Source of the DNA: Laetmonice hystrix
Taxonomy: Eukaryota
Direction: 5' to 3'
DNA: 64,000 bases
Assembly (NCBI GenBank): GCA_965235115.1
Contig: OZ249436.1
Span: 46,750,001 to 46,814,000 of the forward strand
A model generated the notes under the pieces. The model had not been told where the DNA came from and did no database searches. It worked only from the letters and a program-made list of their open reading frames with translations. Of the stretch, positions 40,569-54,232 are shown one piece after another. The number at the start of each line of letters is the position of its first letter. Position 1 is the stretch's first letter. Made by a program: the position numbers and the translations under genes.

Positions 40569-41268
40569 GGTAGGTGATTCCCCTGGAACCACTCTATGCC
40601 AGGGTACCCACCTGGGCCCATGAACCGGTAGGTGATTCCCCTGGAACCACTCTATGCCAGGGTACCCACCTGGGCCCGTGGACCGGTAGGTGATTCCCCT
40701 GGAACCACTCTATGCCAGGGTACCCACCTGGGCCCGTGGACCGGTAGGTGATTCCCCTGGAACCACTCTATGCCAGGGTACCCACCTGGGCCCGTGGACC
40801 GGTAGGTGATTCCCCTGGAACCACTCTATGCCAGGGTACCCACCTGGGCCCGTGGACCGGTAGGTGATTCCCCTGGAACCACTCTATGCCAGGGTACCCA
40901 CCTGGGCCCGTGGACCGGTAAGTGATTCCCCTGGAACCACCCTATGCCAGGGTACCCACCTGGGCCCGTGGACCGGTAGGTGATTCCCCTGGAACCACTC
41001 TATGCCAGGGTACCCACCTGGGCCCGTGGACCGGTAGGTGATTCCCCTGGAACCACTCTAGTCTATGCCAGGGTACCCACCTGGGCCCGTGGACCGGTAG
41101 GTGATTCCCCTGGAACCACCCTATGCCAGGGTACCACCTGGGCCCGTGGACCGGTAGGTGATTCCCCTGGAACCACTCTATGCCAGGGTACCCACCTGGG
41201 CCCGTGGACCGGTAGGTGATTCCCCTGGAACGCCCCTATGCCAGGGTACCACCTGGGCCCGTGGACCA
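40569..41268. repeat. 58-bp minisatellite, ~12 copies
   Basis: Unit ggtaggtgattcccctggaaccactctatgccagggtacccacctgggcccgtggacc. Confidence 0.95.
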
Positions 41269-41864
41269 GTGGATAAGTCTCGATGTCATTTCGATTTCAC
41301 CCCCAGTTTCCGGGCAGCGAGAAGTACTTGATATTCAATACAGACCGGCGGAGTCCAGCCGGGCGGCGTTCTCAGTTCGAACGCTGCGTCCTTTTGATAC
41401 CTACTTTAGTAAATGGACGGTACGTCACCCGGCCGCGTCTCATTCACCCTCAGTGGTAGATTGGTGTCTCAGGTGGTTAATGAGACATCGGCCAATATGG
41501 CCTGCTCCTCGACTTGGTAACACTTTCGATATAACCCTCAGACCAGGGTTTCCTACCCACGGGTAAATGGACCCCTACTAGACGGTCCATTGAAGGGGTT
41601 CGGGCGTTCGTGAACCCTCAGACCAGGGTTTCCTACCCACGGGTAAATGGACCCCTACTAGACGGTCCATAGAAGGGGTTCGGGGGTTCGTGAACTGGAG
41701 AGAAAATGATTTCTTCCTCGAAGCCCGTTCTCTTACTTTGATTGGTCCCAAAGTGATTTGTAACACTGACACGGTTTAAAACCATTATGATAGTGTCCCT
41801 ATAGATTACCATATCCTTTATTTTTCTGTAAATAATGATTACAAACACCATGTGACTCCGCCCC

Positions 41865-42128
41865 TGGCTCCACATGCCCTGTGGCTCCACTGCTCCACAT
41901 GACATGTGGCTCCACCGCTCCATACGCCATGTGGCTCCACTGCTCCATACGCCATGTGGCTCCACTGCTCCATACGCCATGAGGCTCCACTGCTCCATAC
42001 GCCATGTGGCTCCACTGCTCCATACGCCATGTGGCTCCACTGCCCAAACTCTGGCTCTACATGTCATATCGATCCACTGGTCCATATGCCATGTGGCTCC
42101 ACTGCTCCACATGCCATGTGGCTCCACA
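41865..42128. repeat. 25-bp minisatellite, ~10 copies
   Basis: Unit atgtggctccactgctccatacgcc. Confidence 0.9.
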
Positions 42129-44636
42129 TAAGCCAGCCCTTCCTCTGTGGGTCCGGCAGTTCAAGACTCCATCTTGGACCCGCGCCCCCCTCCCCTCCCT
42201 CGGCCTAGTCTCCCTACAGGCCTCCTCCATCTCCTAATAACAGTTCACATCCTCTAAAGCTCGCCATGTCCTGTATCTGGCCTCCCATTGAACACTGACA
42301 TTAACTGACATATAAAGGTCTCCTCTCAGTCCATCAGCCATCACGGCAGGTTGTAATTTTCTTGCCGGTCTGCCATTAAAGGCACCCACGATACAGTGTT
42401 TGTTTGGGTCGCTAAAGTAACACGCTCGCACACTGGATCACACGGTCTTCAGATTCAAAATCTCAAGGAAATCTACAAGAAGATCGGAAGGAAAGGGGAA
42501 GGAAACGCTCAGGAAACCCGAAACCGGGGACGGGATGTAACAACCCGGACAGTACAGGTGTCACCCACGGGAAGGCGTCCACGACGATACAAGCGTCATC
42601 GACGCTACAGGCCAAATGTCAAAGCGTCACGACTGAAAAGCGAGAACACGGACAGCCGCTGTGCTAGCATTGTTCCGTCCAGAACAGCAACAGGTCAACC
42701 AGGCTAGAAGAAAATGTTCAGGCCTTCAAAGGGATTCCATTGCAGCCTCTTACAATGCCATGAACTGGTTGTCCACTGAATGTTTTCATGGGGAAACATT
42801 GCAGTGTTGTCGACAGAGGCCGTTTTAATTAGTAAACTAACCGGCTGTGATATTTTGACAAATTAATTAAATGTATGCACAAAGAAGAACTTTACACTTA
42901 TTTCATCAGTGGTGAACCACTTTTGTGCAGATCTGTTTTTAAAACCACCAACATACTCGGGCGACGGTTTTATGCTGTAGTTGCCATTAGAAATGATATT
43001 AATCCGTGGGGTTCCCTCTGTCGACCTATTATTCCACGAGATTATCCTAATAAATGACCACTAGCCCTCTCAACTGGCAATATATCGATCCAGCCCCAGT
43101 GCAGATCTGAGCGTGGGTTCTCCACCGCTACGCTGTAAAAAGGTCTTCTTTAGTGGTCTCCTTTAGTGAACCGCTAATGGCCACTTGTGTCGATAGCTGG
43201 CCGCATGCTGACTGTGCCGCACGCCGCTGACTCCTGCTGTTTGTAAGACACTGGTCGGAAGCCAGTACCAATCCAGCCATGTACATATCCATTTCAATGT
43301 CGAACCCCATTGATTGAAACTCCAGTCACTGACCTTCACTGTTCGAATATTAGACGTACAGGTTATGGTGAATCCTTGTGGACTCAGGTGGCTACAGCCC
43401 CCCATAAAATCCGAATGGTGCTATCGACAGCATGGAGAGCCGTCTCGAAGGCCGGGGGCATTGACCGACCGTCTGCCCCCCATTCTTAGCCCCCTTAGAA
43501 AATCCTTGATCCTGTCTGAACTGGTCGTCCTTACTTTGAACCCCGGTGACGTAGTTAGCGTATAATTAGTGGACGGTAGATCGTTAGGTATTACTTGAAC
43601 CTACTCTTACAAGGCAACGATCTGCCAGGCCGTGATTCCCCAGTATACTTTACCTTTCCTCTATATGTCTATCAATTATTTTATTATTCTCTCCGCGGCC
43701 CATCATGGCAATATCCTCCAGAGTCGAACTTTGGCGCGTTATCTCTCCGATCACAGCGAGCTCTCAGGTGTGAGAAATGTCTATATTACAGCCGCACCCA
43801 CCCACAGACAGAGGGCGCTGCTGTGTCCCACTCACATATTGCGGAGATAACGATCAGTTACCGTACGCAGGTCGGAGACGTGCCGTACACGCGCAAGTCG
43901 CACCAGTTTGTGCCATGCCCAGGACGTCGTGTCTAATTTGCTGGGACACTGCGATGTGAACCGAAAGATGGCGCTGCTGTCGCTGGCGTGACCTGATCTG
44001 ATCAAGCTGCAGACGGCATGTAATTTAGTTGTCTTGTTGACAATTACCTGGCCTCCTGGGAACGCCGAGATCGGGGGCTGACAGCAACGCCTACACGGGC
44101 ACTAGCGGGGGGCACGCTTCATCGCACTTTTACCCGATTTCCACGATATTTTTAGGGAAAGGTGCGAAATGAGCTGCTGCCCCTCCGCCTACCGCAGTTG
44201 GTTTGCTGGTCAAATATTGATTGATAATACATGTATTGTCATTTTTACAAGTTTTGCATGTACATATGTATAATAAAATATGATTCTTTGTTACACATTT
44301 ATTACACAAGAAGTGCGGGAAGATCAACTTGTATATGATGAGCAATGCCTGGATAAAATAAATACCTGTTACCAAGAAATTCGGTGTAATGTAAAAAGAA
44401 TGCATCGACAGCCTCAACAGAAATTCTCACCATGGAGTAAACCTACTGGATGGTTCACCTCTGATTCTCCCTCTCTGATCCCTCTTCCCATTCTTGCAAC
44501 TATTAAAGATCTGCAGACCACTGGCCCTTTGAAACATCTGATTAGAAGTAGATGAGGCTCCCGAGGACACGTTGCCGGGGGCATATAATGTTACACTCCG
44601 ATAGAACCCCACATGAAAGCGGTGTGTAACGTTTAC

Positions 44637-44804
44637 CTTTTTAACGTACGAGGCGGCATCTTCCTCTGTGTACACCTCAGCACTGACGGCCCCTCGCCGA
44701 CTACGCTTCTTGGCCGCCGGCTGGGGAGGAATCGGAGATATTTCATCATCTCTTTCGTCGCTAGGTGGCGTTGACGATTTGGATTTGTCTTTGGCAGCCT
44801 CTTC
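44637..44804 (-). CDS. PRKAR1: PKA type I regulatory subunit, linker/inhibitory-site exon (168 nt, phase 0-0)
   Basis: Acceptor tttcag|GAA and donor AAG|gtaaac on the minus strand. Translates [75 protein letters not shown] is the RI pseudosubstrate site (Ala at the P position, versus Ser in RII). Confidence 0.96.
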
Positions 44805-45323
44805 CTGAAACGCCACAAAGGAGAAACGGTCATAAAAGATACAGGTAGATATCTTGTGGTAAGCTCATCCTGAACATCAGTTCTGTGGATAAAAAAAGAA
44901 ACCGTAGTAAGGGGACAAAAATTGAGTCAACACTGCAACAGAAATGTCTTAGAGACGAAATGTCCCCGAGGAATTCATGGTATTTAAATCCATACTAGTA
45001 CAGGAAAGATTTAGATATAAATGTTGGAAGAAATTGTTTTCCATCATTTTTCTTCAAAGCCTACTTTTACAAGAACATAAGGTAATGTTGAAAGGTTCAC
45101 TATATCTACAATCCTGATATATACAAAGTATTCTGAGATTGCAGCGATTTTCCCTCCCACTGAACATATATATTGTAGAATAGTCATATATTGTGTTGTG
45201 CAATATCAATATCATAATGTAAAAAAAATTCATTTTGCACTCTGCGGTTCTATAATCTATAATTCATACGTCAAAGGACTTCTAAGGTGTCAGATCATCA
45301 GTTCATGTACCTCCTTCTAAAAG

Positions 45324-45703
45324 CAGCCCTGTCTGATCACCACCTTCAGAAAGACCGTCTAACACCAGCCCTGTCTGATCACCACCTCCAGAAAGACCTT
45401 CTAACACCAGCCCTGTCTGATCACCACCTCCAGAAAGACCTTCTAACACCAGCCCTGTCTGATCACCACCTCCAGAAAGACCGTCTAACACCAGCCCTGT
45501 CTGATCACCACCTCCATAAAGACCGTCTAACACCAGCCCTGTCTGATCACCACCTACAGAAAGACCTTCTAACACCAGCCCTGTCTGATCACCACCTACA
45601 GAAAGACCGTCTAACACCAGCCCTGTCTTATCACCACCTCCAGAGAGACCTTCTAACACCAGCCCTGTCTGATCACCACCTCCAGAAAGACCTTCTAACA
45701 CCA
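45324..45703. repeat. 42-bp minisatellite, ~9 copies
   Basis: Unit cagccctgtctgatcaccacctccagaaagaccktctaacac. Confidence 0.94.
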
Positions 45704-46104
45704 ACCCACCCTACCATCTCTTTATCAACCGGAGTTACATCTTAATATCTTGCGGCGCAGTGCTAATCAAAATTAGGCGCTCTGCACTGGTTGTCAGTAC
45801 TGAGAGGTTTGCACGCCCACACAGGCTGGCAAGCCGTCCACCATCCACAGTGCATAGTCTCGCTGACCAAACGGTCCCCCCAGAACTACGTTAAGTTGTG
45901 CTGATTGGGTAGTAATCGGTACAAGGCTGTCAATTACAAGTATCGATTGGTCCCAGCCGGTCACATGTGGATTGAACGGGGGCTGACGCTTGTAAACGAC
46001 GCCTTTAACTTCCAGTATATTGGTCGCACAGTCTGGGCGGGGAAGCGCTTGTAAATGACGCGTTTAACTTCCAGTAGACATGTACGTATCAGCAGCTGAT
46101 GGCA

Positions 46105-46497
46105 CAAAACCCTCGCATGGTCAAATCTCCTGCACCAAAGTCTCGCATGGCCCAAATCTCCTGCACCAAACAAACTCTGGGATGGACCAAATCTCCTGCA
46201 CCAAACTTTGGGATGGGCCAAATCTCCTTCAGCAACCTCTGGGATGGACCAAATCTCCTGCAGCAAACTCTCGCATGGTCCAAATCCTCTGGGATGGCCC
46301 ACATCTCCTGCACTAAACTCTCGCATGGCCCAAATCTGCTACATCAAACTCTGGGATGGGCCAAATCTCCTGCACCAATCTCTGGCATGGGCCAAATCTC
46401 CTGCACCAATCTCTGGGATGGCCCAAATCCCCTGCACCAAACTCTCGTATGGCCCAAATCTTCTGCAACAACCTCTGGGATGGCCCAAATCTCCTGC
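46105..46497. repeat. Degenerate ~33-bp tandem repeat, ~12 copies
   Basis: Consensus-like aaactctgggatggcccaaatctcctgcacc. Confidence 0.85.
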
Positions 46498-48914
46498 CTA
46501 ACCAATGCAACGATGACATTCACAGAGTAGCTGACCCCATGACACAGTACTGCAGCAAATGGAACTCTTCTGGGTAATCGGATCTGCACCCATAGCATGT
46601 GACTAAGGAATATTTAATATTCACGCTAATCTCTCGCCTCCCTCCCCTCCCTCACTGGTGGCATTAGTGGTGGTGAGAGCAAAAACAATCATTGGTGGGT
46701 CTTTGGAGAGAGGTTGGCCATCTTCAAGGCGAGAAAAAACTTCATTCAATGTGGTGATGATGATGTGATGATAGAGAAAGAAACCCGCACATCGGGACAA
46801 CGTCCAAGGGTTCATTTACCTAGAACCCTGCATACCGGCAGCGTGACACGTCCCGTCTCGTCTCAGTGACATGGACAGCAGTCAGTTCTAACACATGATG
46901 TCAGACTGCGGGATTCATTCTGAGATCCATCCTCTCGGCTAGACTTGGCCATCAACCTCAAACATACCAGCTTCAAGGCACATTATGGTGGCGGTACCGC
47001 TACCATGGCTTTCTAAACACCCAGAACGCCTAGCTCCACACTCCATACACGACACTGATGGAATGCAGGCCTCACTGGCATGAAAATGTATTAATAGATG
47101 CGGAACAGGCCGGTAAACAAAGAAATCTTGAACAGAATCACGCTGGTCTGGGTCTGCTGACGACTAGATTGGCCATGGTCTAGCCAACGCCAGGAAGAAG
47201 TTTTGCAGAACTCATATTGAATCTGACGCCCCCTCTCACAGGAATAAGGCATTCTCCGCTACTGTTTAAATTCCGTGTTCTCACGGAATGGATGGAGCAG
47301 AGATCACGACACAGAGGATGTGCTGTCTAACATTATCACAGATAACCGTGATGGCATCACCGACATCCTGCTCGACCTGTCCCTATTCTCCATCCTTAGA
47401 CTCGTCTACAGCCAAATACAAATTTCACGTATCGATCTAAATCAACTCAACTGGCTTTTAGTTGTTTTGAACACCCCCCCCCCCCTCCCCCGAGACCAGC
47501 GGATCGAGTCCGATCACGACTTGTATGCCCGGCTTTTATTGTTTGGTAGAGCCCGACTCAACTAAACTCAATTCAACTAGGTTTTATGCCTTGAAATCCG
47601 TATACCACATCGTCCAACTCGACTCCATTCCCCTGGCCCCGGTCCCTGAATAAGGAGTTCAATGCATACAAAACCCATTGGATGGAGTTGAGTCGGGTCG
47701 TATGTGGATGACTGGCTTCAAACCACACGACCTCTTGGGATACACTTATCGCCTGCTGGAGGACTCGATCACAGAAACCAACAGGCTGAGGAGGTTCTGG
47801 ATACATTCGATTATACCACAGAACACGTGACCCCTCACGACTGCTTTACCACTGACATCTGCACCTTCTCGACACATTCTTGTGGCAAGATGGGACCTAT
47901 AAATCCGATATTTCCATTTTGGTTTGGAGCACTAACTAACACGAGTTTAAAACCATTCCTGGAATTTGTTCATAAAACGACCGCTAGGGTGACCGTCAGT
48001 GGGAATGTCAACCATGACGTCACCGTCTGTGGGAATGTCAACCACGACGTTTGACCTCTGTTGTTTGATAATACTGCGCCAGACGTACTGAATGTCATGC
48101 TAACACTCCCCTCTGTCCTGACAACAACATCCACAGCTATGTCCTATGTGGGACATCAGATGGTTGTACAAACATTTCTCTACAGCTCGGTCAGAGTCTG
48201 GCTTCATGCGGTTTTAGAGAAGTTGGTACTTTCCCAGTATTGACATTGTCATCAATCATCTCTCCCTCCACAGACATCGTTCATTCGGTAAGCCCTGTGC
48301 GCTGAACGTGAGTTTTCAATTCAAAGGTTTCACAGACGGTGTCTGAGGCCACAGAAAGCTGAGCCCTCACTTGATCTTCCGAGGAACATGGTAAAACGGA
48401 TCTTTGAGGAATGTGGTAAACAACCTAATCACGTCTCAATTCGTCACACACGGCCTACCCACTCAGTAATCACTTCCGTTCCAGATAGCTCTTTCTTCGT
48501 GTTACATTGCGATTCGTGTTTTACTTCTATTCCACCTTTTTCAGCCATTCTACTTTAAACTGGTTGCCATGGCTTTTCTTCCCTCGATAAATCTGAGCTG
48601 ATGCTGTACCGTCGGTTTATAGTTTCAATCTTTGGCCGTTCCATCATGACAGCAGAAGTTGTCACCATACAAACAAGACAACTACTATCACACAGCACAC
48701 CTGTCATCCGCTAAATTGAGATAATTGGTAAAAAGAAACCACAATGATATTTGATCTCATCCTTCTATTCAATTACTGGAGACCGGCAAGAAATCATGGC
48801 GACCAGGTGGACAACTGGTTAACAAATCGTATCTGGTCCTATTCTTGGTGGGATTGAGGTAAACCTCCATTGTAATCTGGTCCTATTCTTGGTGGGATTG
48901 AGGTAAACCTCCAT

Positions 48915-49310
48915 AGGGCGTTTAAGTATGTCACGAGAATTCGAGAGATTTCGCGTTAGCGGGACAAGGAGCAGATAGCCTCGCTGGTTTAACATTGCGA
49001 TGGCCATAGGGAACAGTGACAGTCAATTTTGAAATATTTTCATTCTGCAATCAAGTCGCTGTTAATGTTGAGCGTTACAATACATGATTACTGGGATGTT
49101 TACTCCAGGATAAAGTTTGTTTTATAGTTTAGAAAGTTAGATTGTGAATATACAGGCTGGTTTTTGTGAACCTGTCGACCCTGCCAATGTTAATCCTATG
49201 GGAAAATTTTTGACGTCACAATCGCTTGGCGCACTTTCGGCGCTACCGTGCGCTGGTTTGAGGCTATTTAACGTCATTTGCATATCCAGGTCACGAGACT
49301 TAAACCCCCT
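48915..49310. mobile_element. 396-bp MITE inserted into a short tandem repeat
   Basis: TIR agggcgtttaagt / acttaaaccccct. It interrupts the unit aaacctccattgtaatctggtcctattcttggtgggattgaggt, with AT duplicated. Confidence 0.75.
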
Positions 49311-49405
49311 ATTGTAATCTGGTCCTATTCTTGGTGGGATTGAGGTAGTCTCTATGGTGACATAACCACGAAATTTAGTGGGGAGAACTACAACTCTATC
49401 CCGAC

Positions 49406-52242
49406 GTGTTATTGTTGGACTGTACTTCAATGTACAAGATGATTGAAACCTTGGATCAATTTGTTATTGTTGGACTGTACTTCAATGTACGAGAAACCTT
49501 GGATCAATTTGTTATTGTTGGACTGTACTTCAATGTACGAGAAATCTTGGATCAATTTGTAATTGTTGGACTGTACTTCAATGTACAAGATGATTGAAAC
49601 CTTGGATCAATTTGTTATTGTTAGACTGTACTTCAATGTACAAGATGATTGAAACCTTTGATCAATTTGTTATTGTTGGACTGTACTTCAATGTACGAGA
49701 AATCTTGGATCAATTTGTTATTGTTGGACTGTACTTCAATGTACAAGATAATTGAAACCTTGGATTAATTTGTTATTGTTGGACTGTACTTCAATGTACG
49801 AGAAATCTTGGATCAATTTGTTATTGTTGGACTGTACTTCAATGTACGAGAAATCTTGGATCAATTTGTTATTGTTGGACTGTACTTCAATGTACGAGAA
49901 ATCTTGGATCAATTTGTTATTGTTGGACTGTACTTCAATTTACGAGAAACCTTGGATCAATTTGTTATTGTTGGACTGTACTTCAATGTACAAGATGATT
50001 GAAACCTTGGATTAATTTGTTATTGTTGGACTGTACTTCAATGTACGAGAAATCTTGGATCAATTTGTTATTGTTGGACTGTACTTCAATGTACGAGAAA
50101 CCTTGGATCAATTTGTTATTGTTGGACTGTACTTCAATTTACGAGAAACCTTGGATCAATTTGTTATTGTTGGACTGTACTTCAATGTACAAGATGATTG
50201 AAACCTTGGATTAATTTGTTATTGTTGGACTGTACTTCAATGTACGAGAAATCTTGGATCAATTTGTTATTGTTGGACTGTACTTCAATGTACGAGAAAT
50301 CTTGGATCAATTTGTTATTGTTAGACTGTACTTCAATGTACAAGAAATTTTGGATCAATTTGTTATTGTTGGACTGTACTTCAATGTACAAGATGATTGA
50401 AACCTTTGATCAATTTGTTATTGTTGGACTGTACTTTATTGTACGAGAAATCTTGGATCAATTTGTTATTGTTGGACTGTACTTCAATGTACAAGATAAT
50501 TGAAACCTTGGATCAATTTGTTATTGTTGGACTGTACTTCAATGTACAAGATGATTGAAACCTTGGATTAATTTGTTATTGTTGGACTGTACTTCAATGT
50601 ACGAGAAATCTTGGATCAATTTGTTATTGTTGGACTGTACTTCAATGTACAAGAAATCTTGGATCAATTTGTTATTGTTGGACTGTACTTCAATGTACAA
50701 GATGATTGAAACCTTGGATTAATTTGTTATTGTTGGACTGTACTTCAATGTACGAGAAACCTTGGATCAATTTGTTATTGTTGGACTGTACTTCAATGTA
50801 CGAGAAACCTTGGATCAATTTGTTATTGTTGGACTGTACTTCAATGTACAAGATGATTGAAACCTTGGATTAATTTGTTATTGTTGGACTGTACTTCAAT
50901 GTACAAGATGATTGAAACCTTGGATTAATTTGTTATTGTTGGACTGTACTTCAATGTACGAGAAACCTTGGATCAATTTGTTATTGTTGGACTGTACTTC
51001 AATGTACAAGATGATTGAAACCTTGGATCAATTTGTTATTGTTGGACTGTACTTCAATGTACAAGATGATTGAAACCTTTGATCAATTTGTTATTGTTGG
51101 ACTGTACTTCAATGTACAAGATGATTGAAACCTTGGATCAATTTGTTATTGTTGGACTGTACTTCAATGTACAAGATGATTGAAACCTTTGATCAATTTG
51201 TTATTGTTGGACTGTACTTTAATGTACGAGAAATCTTGGATCAATTTGTTATTGTTGGACTGTACTTCAATGTACAAGAAATCTTGGATCAATTTGTTAT
51301 TGTTAGACTGTACTTCAATGTACGAGAAATCTTATCAATTTGTTATTGTTGGACTGTACTTCAATGTACAAGATGATTGAAACCTTGGATCAATTTGTTA
51401 TTGTTAGACTGTACTTCAATGTACGAGAAATCTTATCAATTTGTTATTGTTGGACTGTACTTCAATGTACAAGATGATTGAAACCTTGGATCAATTTGTT
51501 ATTGTTGGACTGTACTTCAATGTACGAGAAATCTTGGATCAATTTGTTATTGTTGGACTGTACTTCAATGTACGAGAAACCTTGGATCAATTTGTTATTG
51601 TTGGACTGTACTTCAATGTACGAGAAACCTTGGATCAATTTGTTATTGTTGGACTGTACTTCAATGTACAAGATGATTGAAACCTTGGATCAATTTGTTA
51701 TTGTTGGACTGTACTTCAATTTACGAGAAATCTTGGATCAATTTGTTATTGTTGGACTGTACTTCAATGTACAAGATGATTGAAACCTTGGATCAATTTG
51801 TTATTGTTGGACTGTACTTTAATGTACGAGATTATTGAAATCTTGGATCAATTTGTTATTGTTGGACTGTACTTCAATGTACGAGAAACCTTGGATCAAT
51901 TTGTTATTGTTGGACTGTACTTCAATGTACGAGAAATCTTGGATCAATTTGTTATTGTTGGACTGTACTTCAATGTACAAGATGATTGAAACCTTGGATC
52001 AATTTGTTATTGTTGGACTGTACTTCAATGTACAAGATGATAGAAACCTTGGATCAATTTGTTATTGTTGGACTGTACTTCAATGTACAAAGATGATTGA
52101 AATCTTGGATCAATTTGTTATTGTTGGACTGTACTTCAATGTACAAGATGATTGAAACCTTGGATCAATTTGTTATTGTTGGACTGTACTTCAATGTACA
52201 AGATGATAGAAACCTTGGATCAATTTGTTATTGTTGGACTGT
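49406..52242. repeat. AT-rich two-unit (48/55-bp) minisatellite, ~55 copies
   Basis: Core ttgttattgttggactgtacttcaatgtac followed by gagaaaycttggatcaat (48 bp) or aagatgattgaaaccttggatcaat (55 bp). Confidence 0.97.
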
Positions 52243-53723
52243 CCAAGGTGTGTTCTGTCGGTGGAGATGTTTCACTAAGCGCGTCCGACCGGCGACAGAC
52301 CAAAAATTGCAGGCACTACAACCAAGCGACAGACTGTCCTTCGCCGGTCGGAGGGTCCGACGCACTTAGTGAAACACCCCCCTGTTCTGTGTCCCTGTGA
52401 TTTCTTTAACTGCCTTCCTCCCCCTCCCCTCGCGTGCTAGATAACTGGCGTATCTAAGGAATTGCTTTCTACTCTCTCTCTGACTGACCATAGATAAAGC
52501 CTTATCGTAAAGAGCAGGTTCTATCGTGACCTTCTAGTACTTGAAGTCGATCACTTCAAAATCATTCAACAACTTTTAAGGTTTGTCTGTTCTTGGAATG
52601 TCATGGTTTCCAATCACAACTTTAAAACCACACAGGCAGACAACCTCTCAGAAATCCTGACTAAAGTTGAAATAATACAATAGATTATTGCAATAATAAA
52701 ACCGATTGTACTGTATAATATAGCAGGTATTAACAAACTCGTATTATTCCTACCGCAATGAGTCGCTCACAGTCGTCTTGAACTGATTGAGACAAGAATC
52801 TTTTCTTAATACCTGACTCTATTTGTGATCAAACAGTAACATGACACCATCTCGATCGAGATCACCTCCTGTGCCTAAGGTTATTATTGAGTACACGTGC
52901 TATAAAAATGACATAGATTACGTTACATATAACCGACTACTACTTTTCCCTACCGACATTGCTCCTTTTTTTTCTCACAGTGTTTTTACTCGAGGTGTTA
53001 AGACATAACACGTGCTACTAGCTACAATCGTCTTGTGACAAAAAGCGACTTTTGATCGTTACCTGTCTTTCGGACACTAGTGGTGGATACTGAGTCCTCT
53101 ATGTGTGGTTGGACAACGTCCGTCCAATGACTGTGATGATAGACTACCGTGATCCGGGCAACATGCTGGAGATTACACCGTGAAAACTTCATGAATGACT
53201 ATTAATTTACCTGGATTGTACGGACACTATTCTGGCTGTGACAACCTCCCATGCTCACAGCAGACTCCAGGGATTCTGTAGACGTGTTAGCATATGCCCG
53301 CCTGCATTGACATGAACGAACGAAGGGTTGGAGTAAATTGTGTCCACATTTCAAAATGTCAGTAAGATCCTAGAGTGAACGCTGTGATTGTCCTGTCATC
53401 CCTAATCCATGCGACACATACTCCGTGGATATAGCGGTGGAGGTAATAACGGATGAAGATCGCCACAACTTACTGCCACTGATCCCAAACTGACCTACTA
53501 TCTGCCATAGCTTAGTTTATCTGGACTTGACGGCTTGCCTTCACGGCTTGCCTTTACGGCTTGCCATCTGGTCGACACCACGGGCCACTGAGGTAAACAC
53601 TTCACTCATTAATTATGTCGGAGTCGATCCCTATGGTAGTATCCCCATGAACTCCATTCTCAGCCCTAACGCTAATCCTCGGCCTCCAGACTTCCAAAAC
53701 GATCATCTCTACCGGGAACATAG

Positions 53724-54232
53724 CCGTAACCCTTCCCCCAACCATCATCCCTACCTGGAACCTGGCCGTAACCCTTCCCCCAACCATCATCCCTACCCGG
53801 AACCTGGCCGTAACCCTTCCCCCAACCATCATCCCTACCTGGAACCTGACCGTAACCCTTCCCCCAACCATCATCCCTACCCGGAACCTGACCGTAACCC
53901 TTCCCCCAACCATCATCCCTACCTGGAACCTGACCGTAACCCTTCCCCCAACCATCATCCCTACCCGGAACCTGACCGTAACCCTTCCCCCAACCATCAT
54001 CCCTACCCGGAACCTGACCGGAACCCTTCCCCCAACCATCATCCCTACCTGGAACCTGACCGTAACCCTTCCCCCAACCATCATCCCTACCTGGAACCTG
54101 ACCGTAACCCTTCCCCCAACCATCATCCCTACCCGGAACCTGACCGTAACCCTTCCCCCAACCATCATCCCTACCCGGAACCTGACCGTAACCCTTCCCC
54201 CAACCATCATCCCTACCCGGAACCAGCCGTAG
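53724..54232. repeat. 42-bp minisatellite, ~12 copies
   Basis: Unit ccgtaacccttcccccaaccatcatccctaccyggaacctga. Confidence 0.95.
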
